Below are positions 12,885 through 24,213 of a stretch of 64,000 bases of DNA, piece by piece. The stretch spans positions 15,755,849 through 15,819,848 of the forward strand of contig NC_083453.1 in NCBI RefSeq assembly GCF_020745735.1, in the 5' to 3' direction. The DNA comes from Hemiscyllium ocellatum. Its lineage: Eukaryota. Numbering within the stretch: position 1 is the stretch's first letter; each line of letters begins with the position of its first letter. The position numbers were made by a program, and so were the translations under genes. The notes under the pieces are model-generated. The model saw only the letters and a program-made list of their open reading frames with translations, ran no database searches and was not told where the DNA came from.

Positions 12885-13713
12885 ATGAATAGAAAGGGTT
12901 TAGAGGGATATGGGCCAGATCAATTGAGTCAATGGGCTGGAAAATGGCAGATGGTGTTCCATTTGGATAAATGTGAGGTATTGCATTTTGGGGAAAAAAA
13001 GGGCAGGACTTATACAATTAAAAGTAGAGCCTTGGGTAGTGCTTGTAGAACATAGAGACCGAGGGGTTCAGGTACATAATGTTTTGAAGTTTGCATCACA
13101 TGTAGACAGGGTGGTTAAGAAGGCACTTAACACGCCTTCATTGCCCAGACCTTTGAGTATAGGAGTTGAGGTTGTACAAAACATTGGTGAGGCCTATTCG
13201 AAAATGCTGTGTCCAGATCTGTTATAGGAAGGATATTATTAAGCTGGAGAGGGTTCAGAAGAGATTTACCAGGATGTTGCCAGGAATGAAAGGTGTGAGT
13301 TGTAAAGGAAGGGTGAATAGGCTGGGACGCTTTTCATTGAAGCATAGGATGTTGAGGCATGACCTTATAGAGTTTTATAAAATCATGAGGGGTATAGGTA
13401 AGGTAAATGGCAGGTGTGGGGATTTCAAGACTAGGGGGTATCGTTTTAAGGTGAGAGGAGAACGATTGTAAAAAGACAAGGGCCAGTTTGTTTTACACAG
13501 AGAGTGATTTGTGTGTGGAATGAATTTCCTGAGGAAGTAGTGGATGTGGATACAGTTTCAGCATTTAAAAGACATCTAGATAAGTACATGAATAAGAAAT
13601 ATTTGGAGGGATATGGGCCAGGCAGGTGGGACTAGTTTAGGTTGGGATTATGGTCAGCCTAGACTGGTTGGACCAAAGGGTCAGTTTCCATGCTGTATGA
13701 CTCTGTGACTCTA
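12885..13713 (+). mobile_element. CR1 LINE 3' fragment nested in an older minus-strand CR1 (12580-12690 and 13716-14070)
   Basis: ORFs 12864..13055 and 13166..13471 (KLERVQKRFTRMLPG); tail tgtatgactctgtgactcta. Confidence 0.85.
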
Positions 13714-14805
13714 TCTCTGATAACATTTGATTTCCTGCCGAACAAGAATCTATCTACCTCCACCTTAAAACTATTCAATGATGCTGCCTCCACTGTCTTC
13801 TGAGGCAGAGATTTCCAAAGTTGCTCAACTCTCAGGGGGGAAAAACCCTCAAAGGGAAGCTATGAACTCACCCACAATAGGAAGCATCCTTTTCACATCA
13901 CCTAGTCAAAGCCATTCAGGATGGTATAAAAGTCACCCCACCCCCTCCTGAACTCCAAAGGGAACAAGTCAGTCTGGGCAATCTTTCTTCATAAGACAAC
14001 CTGCTCATTCCAGTAAACCTCCCCTGAGCCTGACTCCAACACTTCTCAGTGTTCTCTGATGTGGTCTAGCAAGGCGTTTAGCTCAAGGCAAATACATTTT
14101 CACATCAGGCCACATCCCATTAAATAATTTTAAAAATCAAAGCCCTTGATCCGTTCTCTGTATACTTCCCACACACTGAACTGCATCTGCCACTGCTGGA
14201 CCCAATCACTCAATCTGACCATGCCACTGGAGAACTGGAGTGAGCAAATATCCCCGAATATCCCGTCAGTAGGACTATTCCTCCGTGGACATGGTGATAT
14301 GGCGATAACAGCTATTCACTTAGCTTGGGTTCATTGCAGATGTTGCGAGCCGGTTGGGATCATATCGTGCAGGAGCGGTTCAGCCACAGTCAACACACAA
14401 ACCAACCAGAGGCACACATCTGCCACTCAGCTGGAACATCTGTTGGGTTTTGTTTTGCATTTCTTCGGTTCTGCAAAGATCTTTCTTCGTAAAGAAACGG
14501 GGCGGGCTCAGTGGATAATGGGGGAGGGGGTGCTGGAGGGGACACAGACACGCGAGGCAGGAGATTGCAGTTAATTGGTGATTTTTTTTACAGATGAAAG
14601 AGCAGTGACGCCGCTGCCTGGGCTGACATGTCCATGGACCCTGCAGCATGCCCAAGCACTTGAAAGCCCACGGAGTACCCGTCAGCACTCTCCGGGAGGA
14701 GGCAGGCTAGCCGATTTGCCCTCCCCCCCCAAACCAGGGGTGAAAAATCTGGCCCCATCCTCCCTGAGGAAATCGCTGGTGGAATCACATTGCCTGGCAG
14801 CTTTT

Positions 14806-15053
14806 AAGATTAGGTTCCTTACAGTGTGGAAACAGGCCCTTCGGCCCAACAAGTCCATACCGACCCTCCGAAGATTAACCCACCCAGACCCATTTCCCTC
14901 TGACTGATATACCTAACACAATGGACAATTTAGCATGGCCAATCCACCTAACTTGCACATCTTTAGACTGCCACAGAAAAGCCACAGACAGTCGCCCGAG
15001 GCTAGAATTGAACCTGGGACACTGTGAGGCAGCAGTGCTAACCACTGAGCCAC
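14806..15053 (-). mobile_element. HE1-like V-SINE, internally deleted
   Basis: Reverse complement of the head and tail of the 8329 copy. Confidence 0.8.
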
Positions 15054-15734
15054 AGTTTTAGTCGCACTCACTGCGTACAAGCAGCGCTCCTTGTAACACA
15101 ATGAACGCCAAACGTACGGTACACTCTCAGAAATCTGTGCCCCCCCCGCCCCGGTCGGTTTCTCTCGCTCTTCGGACCCGAACACCCAGCATCGGTCAGG
15201 TCTGTGTTTGCAGCCCAGCATTTACTGGGACTGGATATCAGGGAGCTTTGTGGCATAGTTATAGTGTCCCAATCTGTGAACCAGGAGGCCCGGGTGCATA
15301 GTTCCACCAGAGATGGACAGTAACATCTCTGAACAGGTTGATGAGAAAACCGAAATCCGCGGAGTTGGAGCTTTGAACCCCTGGCGCTCCCAGCTTGCCC
15401 AGAGGGAGGACTGCTCCTCTGTCGGTGCTTAGCAAAGAAGCCAGAATTCATGGAAACGGACAAAACCTACGCGCATTCTGGCAGCTTTTTTTTGGGGGGG
15501 GGGGGGGGGGGGCGGAATATGCATTTGCTGTCGGACTGCTGTGTTCGGATAGCCGAAGGTCTTGTCGTAATTCAAGGGTGAGCAGGCGATCCGGACATAT
15601 ACGCCGCTACTGCTGGGCTCCCCGCTTCCTGTGCCAGGCCAGACACCGGGGGCTGACCCCTGGAACACGGGGAGGACAAAGTGGATGTGCGTCTGAGGGG
15701 AGGGGGGTTACCAGTAATTCCAGGGCATAGTTAC

Positions 15735-16235
15735 AAATCACACAACACCAGGTTATATCACACAACACCAGGTTATATCACACAACACCAGGTTATATCA
15801 CACAACAACAGGTTATATCACACACCGGGTTATATCACACAACACCAGGTTATATCACACAACAACAGGTTATATCACACAACAACAGGTTATATCACAC
15901 AACACCAGGTTTATTTGGAAGCATTAGCTTTCTGAGCGCTGCTCCTTCATCAGGGGGTTGTGGAACAGGACCATAAGGCCCAGAATTTACAGCAAAAAAT
16001 TCCAGTGTCAGCCAACTGAAACGATATATTGAACAAATCTAGGTTCAACAGGCTTGTTCAATATATCATTTCAGCTGCATGACGCTGTAATCTTTTGCTG
16101 TAAATTCTGTGTCTTATGGTCCTGTTCCACAACCCCCTGATGAAGGAAAGTGCTCAGAAAGCTAGTGCTTCCAAATAAACCTGTTGGACTATAACCTGGT
16201 GTTGTGTGGAGTCCAACACCGGCTCCACAGCATCA
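15735..16235. mobile_element. Two inverted Penelope-like element ends forming a foldback, each with a hammerhead-like core
   Basis: Arms 15906-16036 and 16054-16183 are imperfect reverse complements. CTGATGA...GAAAGCTA cores at 16137-16164 (+) and 15953-15925 (-). Same family as 47510-47745. Confidence 0.7.
15738..15910. repeat. 20-bp tandem array (TCACACAACACCAGGTTATA), about 9 units
   Basis: Read directly: eight units (one shortened to 17 nt) plus a partial ninth, no spacers. Confidence 0.95.
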
Positions 16236-16542
16236 ATCATTTCCAGGGTCACTGTCGCATTATACAATCCCAGAGATGTGTGTGTGTGTGGGGGGGGGGT
16301 GTCGGTTTTTATATAAAAAGAACTCTTCTCCACAACCCCCTCCCCCCCGACAGGAATACCATTGTCACTATGTACCATAACTCATCCAGTCGCTCCCAAG
16401 CACCTTCACATCACACCTGCAATTTGTGCCAATGTTGACATGGGGTCGCTATCTCGCCTGGTCCGTCTATGCGCGCACCCCCCGCCCCCCTCCCCCAACC
16501 CTGTTCCTCCATTCAACAGGATCATGGTCGATCGTCCAACTC

Positions 16543-16665
16543 AAGGGCTTTTGTCCGAAACGTCGATTTCGCTGCTCGTTGGATGCTGCCTGAACTGCTG
16601 TGCTCTTCCAGCACCACTGATCCAGAATCTGGTTTCCAGCATCTGCAGTCATTGTTTTTACCTCG
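16543..16665 (+). mobile_element. Penelope-like 3' end truncated within the hammerhead (aagggcttttgtccgaaacgtcg...)
   Basis: Shares the ...gaaacgtcga...gatgctgcctga...ccagcatctgcagtc tail with 22217-22342. Confidence 0.7.
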
Positions 16666-17035
16666 TCCAACTCAATCCCCTGTTCCTGCTTTCTCCCCCG
16701 TAGCCTTGAATCGCTTTAAGCCCTAAGAACTATATCTAACTCGTTCTTGAAAGCATTCAATGTTTTGTCCTCAAGTGCTTCCTGCGACAGACAATCCCAC
16801 AGGCTCCCCACTCTCTGGGTGAAGACATTTCTCCCCATCTCAGTCCTAAGTGACCCATCCAGTATCCCGAGACTATGACCTCTGGTTCTGAGTAGAATTC
16901 TGGCTCCCCTTCTGAATCTGACTGAACTTGCCTCCTCTCCACCAACTCTGCTCCCTGTCCTCACTGTCTACCACTGGGCGAATTATCAAGCGCCAACTCT
17001 CTCTCTCTCTCTCGCTCCATACAGCTGGTGCTTAC

Positions 17036-17298
17036 CTCTGCTCAGGATGACCGTGTCCTGCAGGACCTTGCCCCCGTTCTCCAGAGTCGAACAGTTCCAC
17101 CGCTGGTCCCAGAGTTGATGCTGACACTCGTGAATAGCGACTTGGATTCCCTGCACGGCGGCGGCGGTCACATCAGGGCTCCGGACACACAGGCCCAGCT
17201 GGCGCTTGCTGAGACCCGGCAGGGTCAGGCACACTGCGTTGGCCGTCAGGATGGGCTCCAGGGGAATCTTCAAGCCCAGAATCTCGTTCCCGGCCACC
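17036..17298 (-). CDS. wnt10b: Wnt10b coding exon 2 ([12 protein letters not shown]...CVRSPDV...[14 protein letters not shown]...ILSRG)
   Basis: Within ORF 16986..17321. cag acceptor and gtaag donor. NEILGLK, ANxVCLTL and [10 protein letters not shown] closely match WNT10B. Confidence 0.95.
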
Positions 17299-17457
17299 CT
17301 GAAGCAAACGACAACAACCACAACGACAAGAAATGAACACTCGAATAGAATGAGCAGCCCTGTCCCCAGAGGAGAGGCACTTTGGCATCTCCTTGGCAGA
17401 GCACAGGGTGCCCATGTGTAAAGGTGTAAGGACGGAACCGCATTCTCGCACTCTTAC

Positions 17458-17522
17458 CCGGACAGTGTGAGTGAGATGGCGAGGAGGAGAGGGACGGGTC
17501 TGGAGATTCTTGGAGCAGCCAT
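17458..17522 (-). CDS. wnt10b: Wnt10b coding exon 1 (signal peptide MAAPRISRPVPLLLAISLTLSG)
   Basis: ATG at 17522-17520, hydrophobic signal-like peptide, GT donor (gtaaga) at 17457. Phase 2 joins correctly to exon 2. Not in the ORF track; read by hand. Confidence 0.85.
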
Positions 17523-17770
17523 GCTGGGGGGAGTGAACCGGCGCAGAACAGTTCGGGGCCGATGAGCGGGTCCGAACCCCCGCCCCTTGCCCCGGTGCCC
17601 TTCCGTCCTGTCCTCCCCCGGACCGAGCTCTCAGATCCGTGCGGAGTACGGTGCGATGCCGGGCTCACCGGGTCATGTTTGAACGCCCCCGTTCGGCTGT
17701 GGTTCACTGCCGCCGAGTCCGTCAGGATTTAAAACAAAAATCCCACTCAGAGACAGAGGGAGGGAGGGAA

Positions 17771-17801
<31 letters not shown>

Positions 17802-17820
17802 GGTGGGGAATCCCCACCTC

Positions 17821-18150
17821 AGTTCAAAGGCAGATTGAACCAAGATAGATCAGTCAGTCTCAAGTTGCTGCGCCAGGGACGCTGCGGAGCGCGCTCTCTC
17901 TCTGGTTCGGTGCTTCACATTGGCTCTCACTCTCACGCCGTAACCCCCTGTTTCTCACCAGCCCCCCAATACACACCCTGTCTATTCTCGATCTCTCTCT
18001 CTCCTCTAGCTCTCTCTCTCCTCCCTGCCCCCACCTCTACCCCACAATCTCGTTTGCTCCTCTCTCCCTCTCGCTCCTGGATCAAACACTAAACTCTGTT
18101 TGAAACCAAAGACTTTGATCATCATAAATACTCAAGTGAAATCTTTGAAA
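17821..18150. promoter_or_regulatory. TCF/LEF motif cluster upstream of wnt10b
   Basis: TTCAAAG at 17823-17829, CTTTGATC at 18113-18120 and CTTTGAA at 18143-18149, 300-630 bp upstream of the ATG. Confidence 0.4.
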
Positions 18151-20289
18151 ATTGAACTTCATTTGAAGTGCATCTGCTCAAGGAGGGAGCCAGTGTGATG
18201 CTGGGAGGGGTTTTTTTTGCAGTATGCGGAGAGAGACAGACAGACAGAGAGATGGAAGTCTGACTCCTGCTCTCCTCCTGGACCTCAAATTTTAAACGCA
18301 CCCCCCCCCTCTCTCTCTCTCCGAACCATCGAGACTATGATCTCTCTCTCTCTCTCTCTCTCCTATAAACGAGCAGCCTTTCATTCAAGCAGAGACGCTG
18401 GGGCAGACAATAAAGGCACCAATGAAAACGCATGGAAAACTTGGGGGGCAATCAGGTCCCGTTAATGGGCCATTAATCCTCCTTCAGCCCCATCCAAAAT
18501 TCCAAACACTTCTTAAGATAGCTCCTGAAGCTTTTTCTGAGCAATTTGACATTCACGCCATCCACCACCAGTAATAGTTTGTAATCATAATTAGTAAATA
18601 TTGACGGATGATGTTAACAGTAATGCAGCATTGTGTAGTAGATTGCTCATTCTGATCCTGTGCTTCAACGTCTCCCCCCCCCCCCCCCCCCCCCCCAACA
18701 CACACACATTCTGCACTCTTTATACACATCCCATTACTGACCCTATTTCAGGGGCAGCGCATTTCAAAACGCGCACAAGAAAAGTACAGGACAGCTGTGG
18801 CTTCCGTTGACAGCCTCTGCAAATCAACTGCAACCGAAGCCCTTTGAGAGCTCTCCCAGAAACGTGACAACGCACATCCAAGCCTTTTATATCGCCATGT
18901 ATATACAATGGAGACGCAGAGAGAGACTGAAAGGGGGCAGGGAGGAGGAGGGGTGGCCAGCCGCCCAGAAGCAAGGGAAGGTGTATGTTCGGGGGGACGG
19001 GGACCGAGGCGCTTTGCAAACCGCGGAAGAGCCCCCGGGGCAAACAAGAACCCGCCGGCGAGTTCCGAAACGGCAGAAGGAATCAAAATGTACCAGCTGC
19101 TTTGCTCCTGTCTGGACACCTCCACTGTCACTTGCAGAGATGTCTCTAGCTAACTTGCGGCTGTGTGCAATGACAGGGTTAGTGCAGCCTGGTCAGTCAG
19201 GATTTGGCACCACCCCCCACCCACTTCCTGGCTCATTTCAGACCGAACCCACTGAAGTCGCCGCCAGACATGATAAAGTTATCGTTTCCTTCAATCCAGG
19301 TGAGAAAAAAACAGTTAGTTAATGACTGAGACTGCGGTCGGTCTACAGAACCGTCTATCCTATCCCAGCTGGATGTGAGAAAGGAGCAGACTGCTGGTGG
19401 CTTCATCTCTCTCTCTCTCTCTGCTCGCTCTCAGGAGTACCGTGACTTTCCTCAGTACCTAGACCACCACCGCTCACAGATTGGCGCCGGGGGGGGGGGG
19501 GGGGGGGAAGAGACTCCTCCGAAAGTTGGGGCTGGCCTGAGCACATTAGAGCTTCTCTATTCCCTGTTCCTGGTACTTACTTGATCCCGAGATCCCAACC
19601 ACAGCGTTCACCATTCCCAGGAAAGGTAGATGTAAAGGTAAAATGAGGCGGGGAGTGGTGGGTGGCGGGAGGGGATTTTTAAAAAAAATCATTGACCGCG
19701 TTAGTAGCGGCGCCCAAAAACGTGCGATTTTGAGATTGTGGCCAGCAAGATATGCAAACAGGCGCGCTAAAGACTCCAACATTGCTCAGCGCAGTGATAA
19801 CAACGGACAGAAGGGATGGAGCACTCTTTGATGTGAGGTGGACAAAATCAGCAATAGATAGTGGCGTTATTTTTGCGTCGGGAATAAGCAATGTCTGCGC
19901 ACAGTTTCAGGATCGTTTTGGTGCTGAGTGTACCCTCACCGGCTGCTGGGCCGAGCCAATAAGCTGCCAGATATGTCATGTTTCATGAAGATTTGAGCAG
20001 CGTTTTCAATGTCCTGCTGTTTGCCGGATGCATCTCCGAAAAACCACATGTGATACCTTGAGAGCTGGGGATACAAATGTTATTTCTGTTCTTTTGGAAT
20101 CTACAGCTTTGTACCGAGTCATTTTCTTCCGTAAATGTCCTCAATTCGAACTTTCTAGTCTCAAAGCATCGCAATGGTAAGGGGTCAAAGGGCTCAGAGT
20201 GCCATGTAGCCAATTGTCCCGAACTGATTCACGACTGACTGAGTTGTCAAACCCGTTGATCCCAGTCTGTGTGCAGGAAGAGGACAGTG

Positions 20290-20460
20290 CATAAAACACA
20301 CGCACACGTAGACACACACTTACACACAAATACAAACACAGATGTACGCACACAGGCACACAAATACACACACATACACATGCACGCCCAAATACACTCA
20401 GACACACAAATGTACACACAAACTACGCACGTACACACAGACACACACACACACACACAC
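20290..20460. repeat. (CA)n-rich simple repeat
   Basis: Visible directly. Confidence 0.8.
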
Positions 20461-20659
20461 AGCCCAACTTTGCACATGCACTTCAGCAAACCTCTTTCTG
20501 CAACCCCACTCTGTCATCAGCATAAATTCCATCTTTCCCCAGTTTTCTTCAGTTCAGACGAAGGGTCACTGGATACAAACATTAACTCTGTTTCTGAGTA
20601 CAGATGTCATGTTCTGTTTTTGTTACCTGGGTCTCTAACCTGGTCGCTCGGCAGTAGAG

Positions 20660-21300
20660 TCGCAGACGCCTACAGCACAGAAAAAGATCCTTCGGTCCGT
20701 CGAGGCTGCGCTGGTCAAAACAATCCCTCAACTATTCAAATCCGCAGAGAAAATCTACGTACTTTTTAAAATGTGATAAGGGTTTCTGATTATACCATCC
20801 TCACAGGCAGTGACTCCCAGATTCCCACATTCTTCTGGATGATTAAATAAAACCTCCCCATATCGCCTCTCAACCTCCTGCCCTTAGACCTCAAATCTGT
20901 GCCCCTTGGTCGGTGACTCTCCACCAAGGGGAAAATTTTCTATCCTGTCTATGCCCCACATAACTTTCATCCCTCTCAATCATGGACCCCTCAGTCCCCT
21001 CTGCTTCAAGGAGAACAACCCCGTTCTTTCCAATTTCTTTTCATAACTAAAATTCTCCAATCCTGCCAACATCCTGGTAAATACCCTCCAAAGCTTATCC
21101 AGTGCAATCTTATCACAATACTGCAGCTGTGGCTTACCAACGTTTTATACAGTTCCAGCACCATCTCCCTGCTCTTAAACTCTATGTCTCGGCTAGTAAA
21201 GACAATCATCCCAAATGTCTTCTTAATCACTTTATCTATCTATCCCTCTACCTTAAGGAACTGGTGGACCCGCACACCAAGGTCTCTGTGATCCTAGGTG
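20660..21300 (-). mobile_element. Older CR1 LINE fragment
   Basis: ORF 21006..21230 (FTSRDIEFKSREMVLELYKTLV). Confidence 0.75.
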
Positions 21301-21559
21301 CATCGCAGGGTCCTGCAGCTCATCATGTTTTCCCCCCTTTGTCCTACTTAAGTGCGCTACTTCACATGTATCCACCCCGACACAACTCCACCTGTTCCCC
21401 AGTGCCAATTAAAAATGCTTTTGACAGTTATCTCTGAGCTCGCTTTATTCGGCAGGTGAAAGCATGCACCAAATTTTAGTTTGCATTGGAATGTTTGCAA
21501 GGTGCAAGTTTAATAAATAGAAAACCAAAAAGTGTCAGATGTGTTGAGAGGGTAAATCA

Positions 21560-22205
21560 AGTCATAGAGATGTACAGCATGGAAACAGACCCTTCGGTCC
21601 AACTCCCCCATGCCGACCAGATATCCCAACCCAATCTAGTCCCACCTGCCAGCATCCAGTCCTTATCCCTCCAAACCCTTCCCATTCATATACCCATCCA
21701 GATGCCTTTTAAATGTTGCAATTGTACCAGCATCCACCACTTCCTCTGGCAGCTCATTCCATACACGTACCACTCTCTGTGTGAAAACGTTGCCCCTGAG
21801 GTCTCTTTTATATCTTTCCCCTCTCACCCTAAACCTATGCCCTCTAGTTCTAGACCCACCCCCAGGGAAAATACTTTGTCTATTTACCCTATCTATGCCC
21901 CTCATGATTTTAGAAACCTCTATAAGGTCACCCCTCAGCCTCCGACGCTCCAGGGAAAACAGCCCCAGCCTGTTCAGCCTCTCCCTGTAGCTCAAATCCT
22001 CCAACCCTGGCAACATCCTTGTAAATCTTTTCTGAACCCTTTCAAGTTTCACAACATATTTCCGATAGGAAGGAGACCAGAATTGCACACCATATTCCAA
22101 AAGTGGCCTAACCAATGTCCTGTACAGCTGCAACATGACCTCCCAACTCCTGTACTCAATACTCTGACCAATAAAGAAAAGCATACCAAACGCCTCCTTC
22201 ACTAT
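21560..22205 (-). mobile_element. CR1 LINE 3' fragment (young)
   Basis: C-terminal part of ORF 21663..22403 (YRTLVRPLLEYGVQFWSP...TRGHRF...FKRHLD). Confidence 0.9.
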
Positions 22206-22209
22206 GAGC

Positions 22210-22342
22210 CTCGCTCCTGATGAGGGGCTTATGCCCGAAACGTCGACTCTCCTGCTCCTCGGATGGTGCCTGACCTGCTGTGCTTTTCCAGCACCACACT
22301 CTCGACTCTGATCTTCAGCATCTGCAGTCCTCACTTTCTCCC
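22210..22342 (+). mobile_element. Penelope-like 3' end with intact hammerhead core
   Basis: ctgatgaggggcttatgcccgaaacgtcgactctcctgctcctcggatg...ccagcaccacac...agcatctgcagtcctcactttctcc. Confidence 0.75.
22213..22248 (+). ncRNA. Minimal (PLE-type) hammerhead ribozyme motif
   Basis: CUGAUGA (22217-22223), stem II GGGC-UUAU-GCCC, GAAA (22237-22240), palindromic ACGU mini helix III, GUC cleavage triplet (22242-22244). Stem I is weak. Confidence 0.6.
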
Positions 22343-23009
22343 TGTAATCCATCTTGCCCAATTTCCACGCAACATTCGGGAGAAGTGTGGAACGTGGAGC
22401 CAATCCATCGCGAAACTACAAGAGCTTATAGGTTTTTACTAACTTGAAAGGTGTTCGTGCAGATGAACGCGGATCAGTTTATACACCCCATGCACTTCCA
22501 CAGGCTTCTCTACACAGATGCGAACACATGACCAATACATACAATGAAACGCCATACCAGCCTATAAACACCCCAGAGACAGCCACATATCCCACACCCC
22601 ATTATCCGTCTCCGGTATACGCTTACCCACCCCCTACCCCCATTCATTCTCTTCCCGTCCAGCTTCCCCAGTCTACCTCCCCTAACCCCCTCCCTTACAT
22701 CTCCCACATACACGTAACCTATCCCGTACAGCTCTATGTGTTGAGAGTTCTAAGGCTGAGCGTTGAAGAGACTAACACTTCCACACCCAGTGGAAACCAT
22801 TTCCAACCAGTATTATTTTCTAAGTTTCTTGGGTTGCCCCCAGGTGCAGGCGATGGAAATTCCCCAGCAACTGACAGCCATCAGCGGGATAAGCTCTGAG
22901 CCAACAAGTTGTGAAGGTAACGCGTTTGCAAATGATTTCAGTTCTGTAATATCCTGCCGTTGCTCCGAGTTCAGTGTGTTGTCAGACGTGCTTTGGGATC
23001 ACAAGTGGG

Positions 23010-23370
23010 GAAAGGTAGTACTGTAATATTAGTGTCACTGAGTCATCATCCCGAAACCCAGACCAATGCTTTTGTTTATTTTTTTGGGGGGGGGGGGCGT
23101 GAGGGAGGAGAGGTTCAAATCCCACCATCATAATAAAATCTGCAGTTGAAAAGCTGTTCTGTTGATAATGTCATCATTGTTTTTTTTTGTAAAAGTCTGA
23201 TTAATTAATACCCTTTAGGGAAGGAAACTTGCATTTTTTGAACCTGGTCTGGCCTACATGTGACTTCAGATCAATAACAATGTGGTTGACACTTTAACTG
23301 CCCTATGGACAATTCGAGAAGGGCCATAAAGGCTGGCCGAGCCAGCGGTGCCCAGATCCCCTGAATAAAA
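23010..23370 (+). mobile_element. Same SINE family as 2130-2470
   Basis: ggttcaaatcccacc head; ctttagggaaggaaac...tggtctggcctacatgtgac core; ggctggccgagccagcgg tail. Confidence 0.65.
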
Positions 23371-24213
23371 ATAACACTGAACTGCACGTAGATCTCAAAT
23401 TATAACACAGCAACTGTAGCACGTAGCAGATAGCCAGACGAAAATAAACCGAGAGAAGATCCATTCTGTTCATTGTCGAACAAAGTTACTGTTAACAGTT
23501 TTTTTTTGTTATGATGCAAATGTTTAACATACTTGTATCAGGCTACTTCCTCCACTGATTAAGTGGAAGCATGTTATTTTAAACATGTTCAAGCTTCGAG
23601 TAAAATAAAGGAGAGAAGAACTTGGTAACAGCCTTTTAACCATTGCACTGTAGAAAGGGGTCATGGTCTGTCCATTTTTGCACAGGTTTTAGCTTTGGTT
23701 ATCAGCAAGTACTTCATTCCTATATCACACACAAGCAGAAGGCAATGTTAACAAACAAGTTTTTCCAAATTTAAAATCCCTCAAGTAAATAACCCATAAT
23801 GAATGATTAAACGGGCTTCACTTTGGCATTTTAATGTTTTTTTGGAATAGTTCTTAAAGCAAGTCATAGCTCTCAACTGTTGTGTTAAAGACATCCATCT
23901 GGGTTCTTAGCCTGGGTTCTTAACGGGTTGGTGCAGGTAGAGAAAGGTATTCACATGGATGAAATTATCTCAAATAATGGGCATGTATACTACCACACAC
24001 TAAAATCTGATCGGAAGTTGGTAGCGTAATGGTAATGTCATTGGACTGATAGCCTAGAGGTCTAGGCTAGAGCGACGTGGGACCAAACCCAGCCAAGACA
24101 ACTAGAGGAATTTAAGATCCATTACTAATCTTGGAAATGAAAGTCAGTGAAGGTGATCGTGACACGATCATTGTTTGTCATTAACAAAAAAAGTCCGCTT
24201 CACCAATATATCA

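Noticed and set aside
15738-15910. Possible CRISPR array
   Set aside because: The units are contiguous with no unique spacers, the context is a vertebrate intron, and the unit derives from the adjacent retroelement end.
17270-17707. 145-aa ORF as wnt10b exon 1
   Set aside because: It has the wrong phase at the 17457 donor and no signal peptide. The frame starting at ATG 17522 fits both.
17771-17800. G30 run and other long G/C homopolymers (e.g. 4553-4576) as functional G-quadruplexes
   Set aside because: Such runs are scattered throughout the window and their lengths are unreliable in assemblies; there is no specific support.
21663-22403. 246-aa ORF as a gene
   Set aside because: It is a chance in-frame fusion of an antisense PLE end with a CR1 ORF2 C-terminus.
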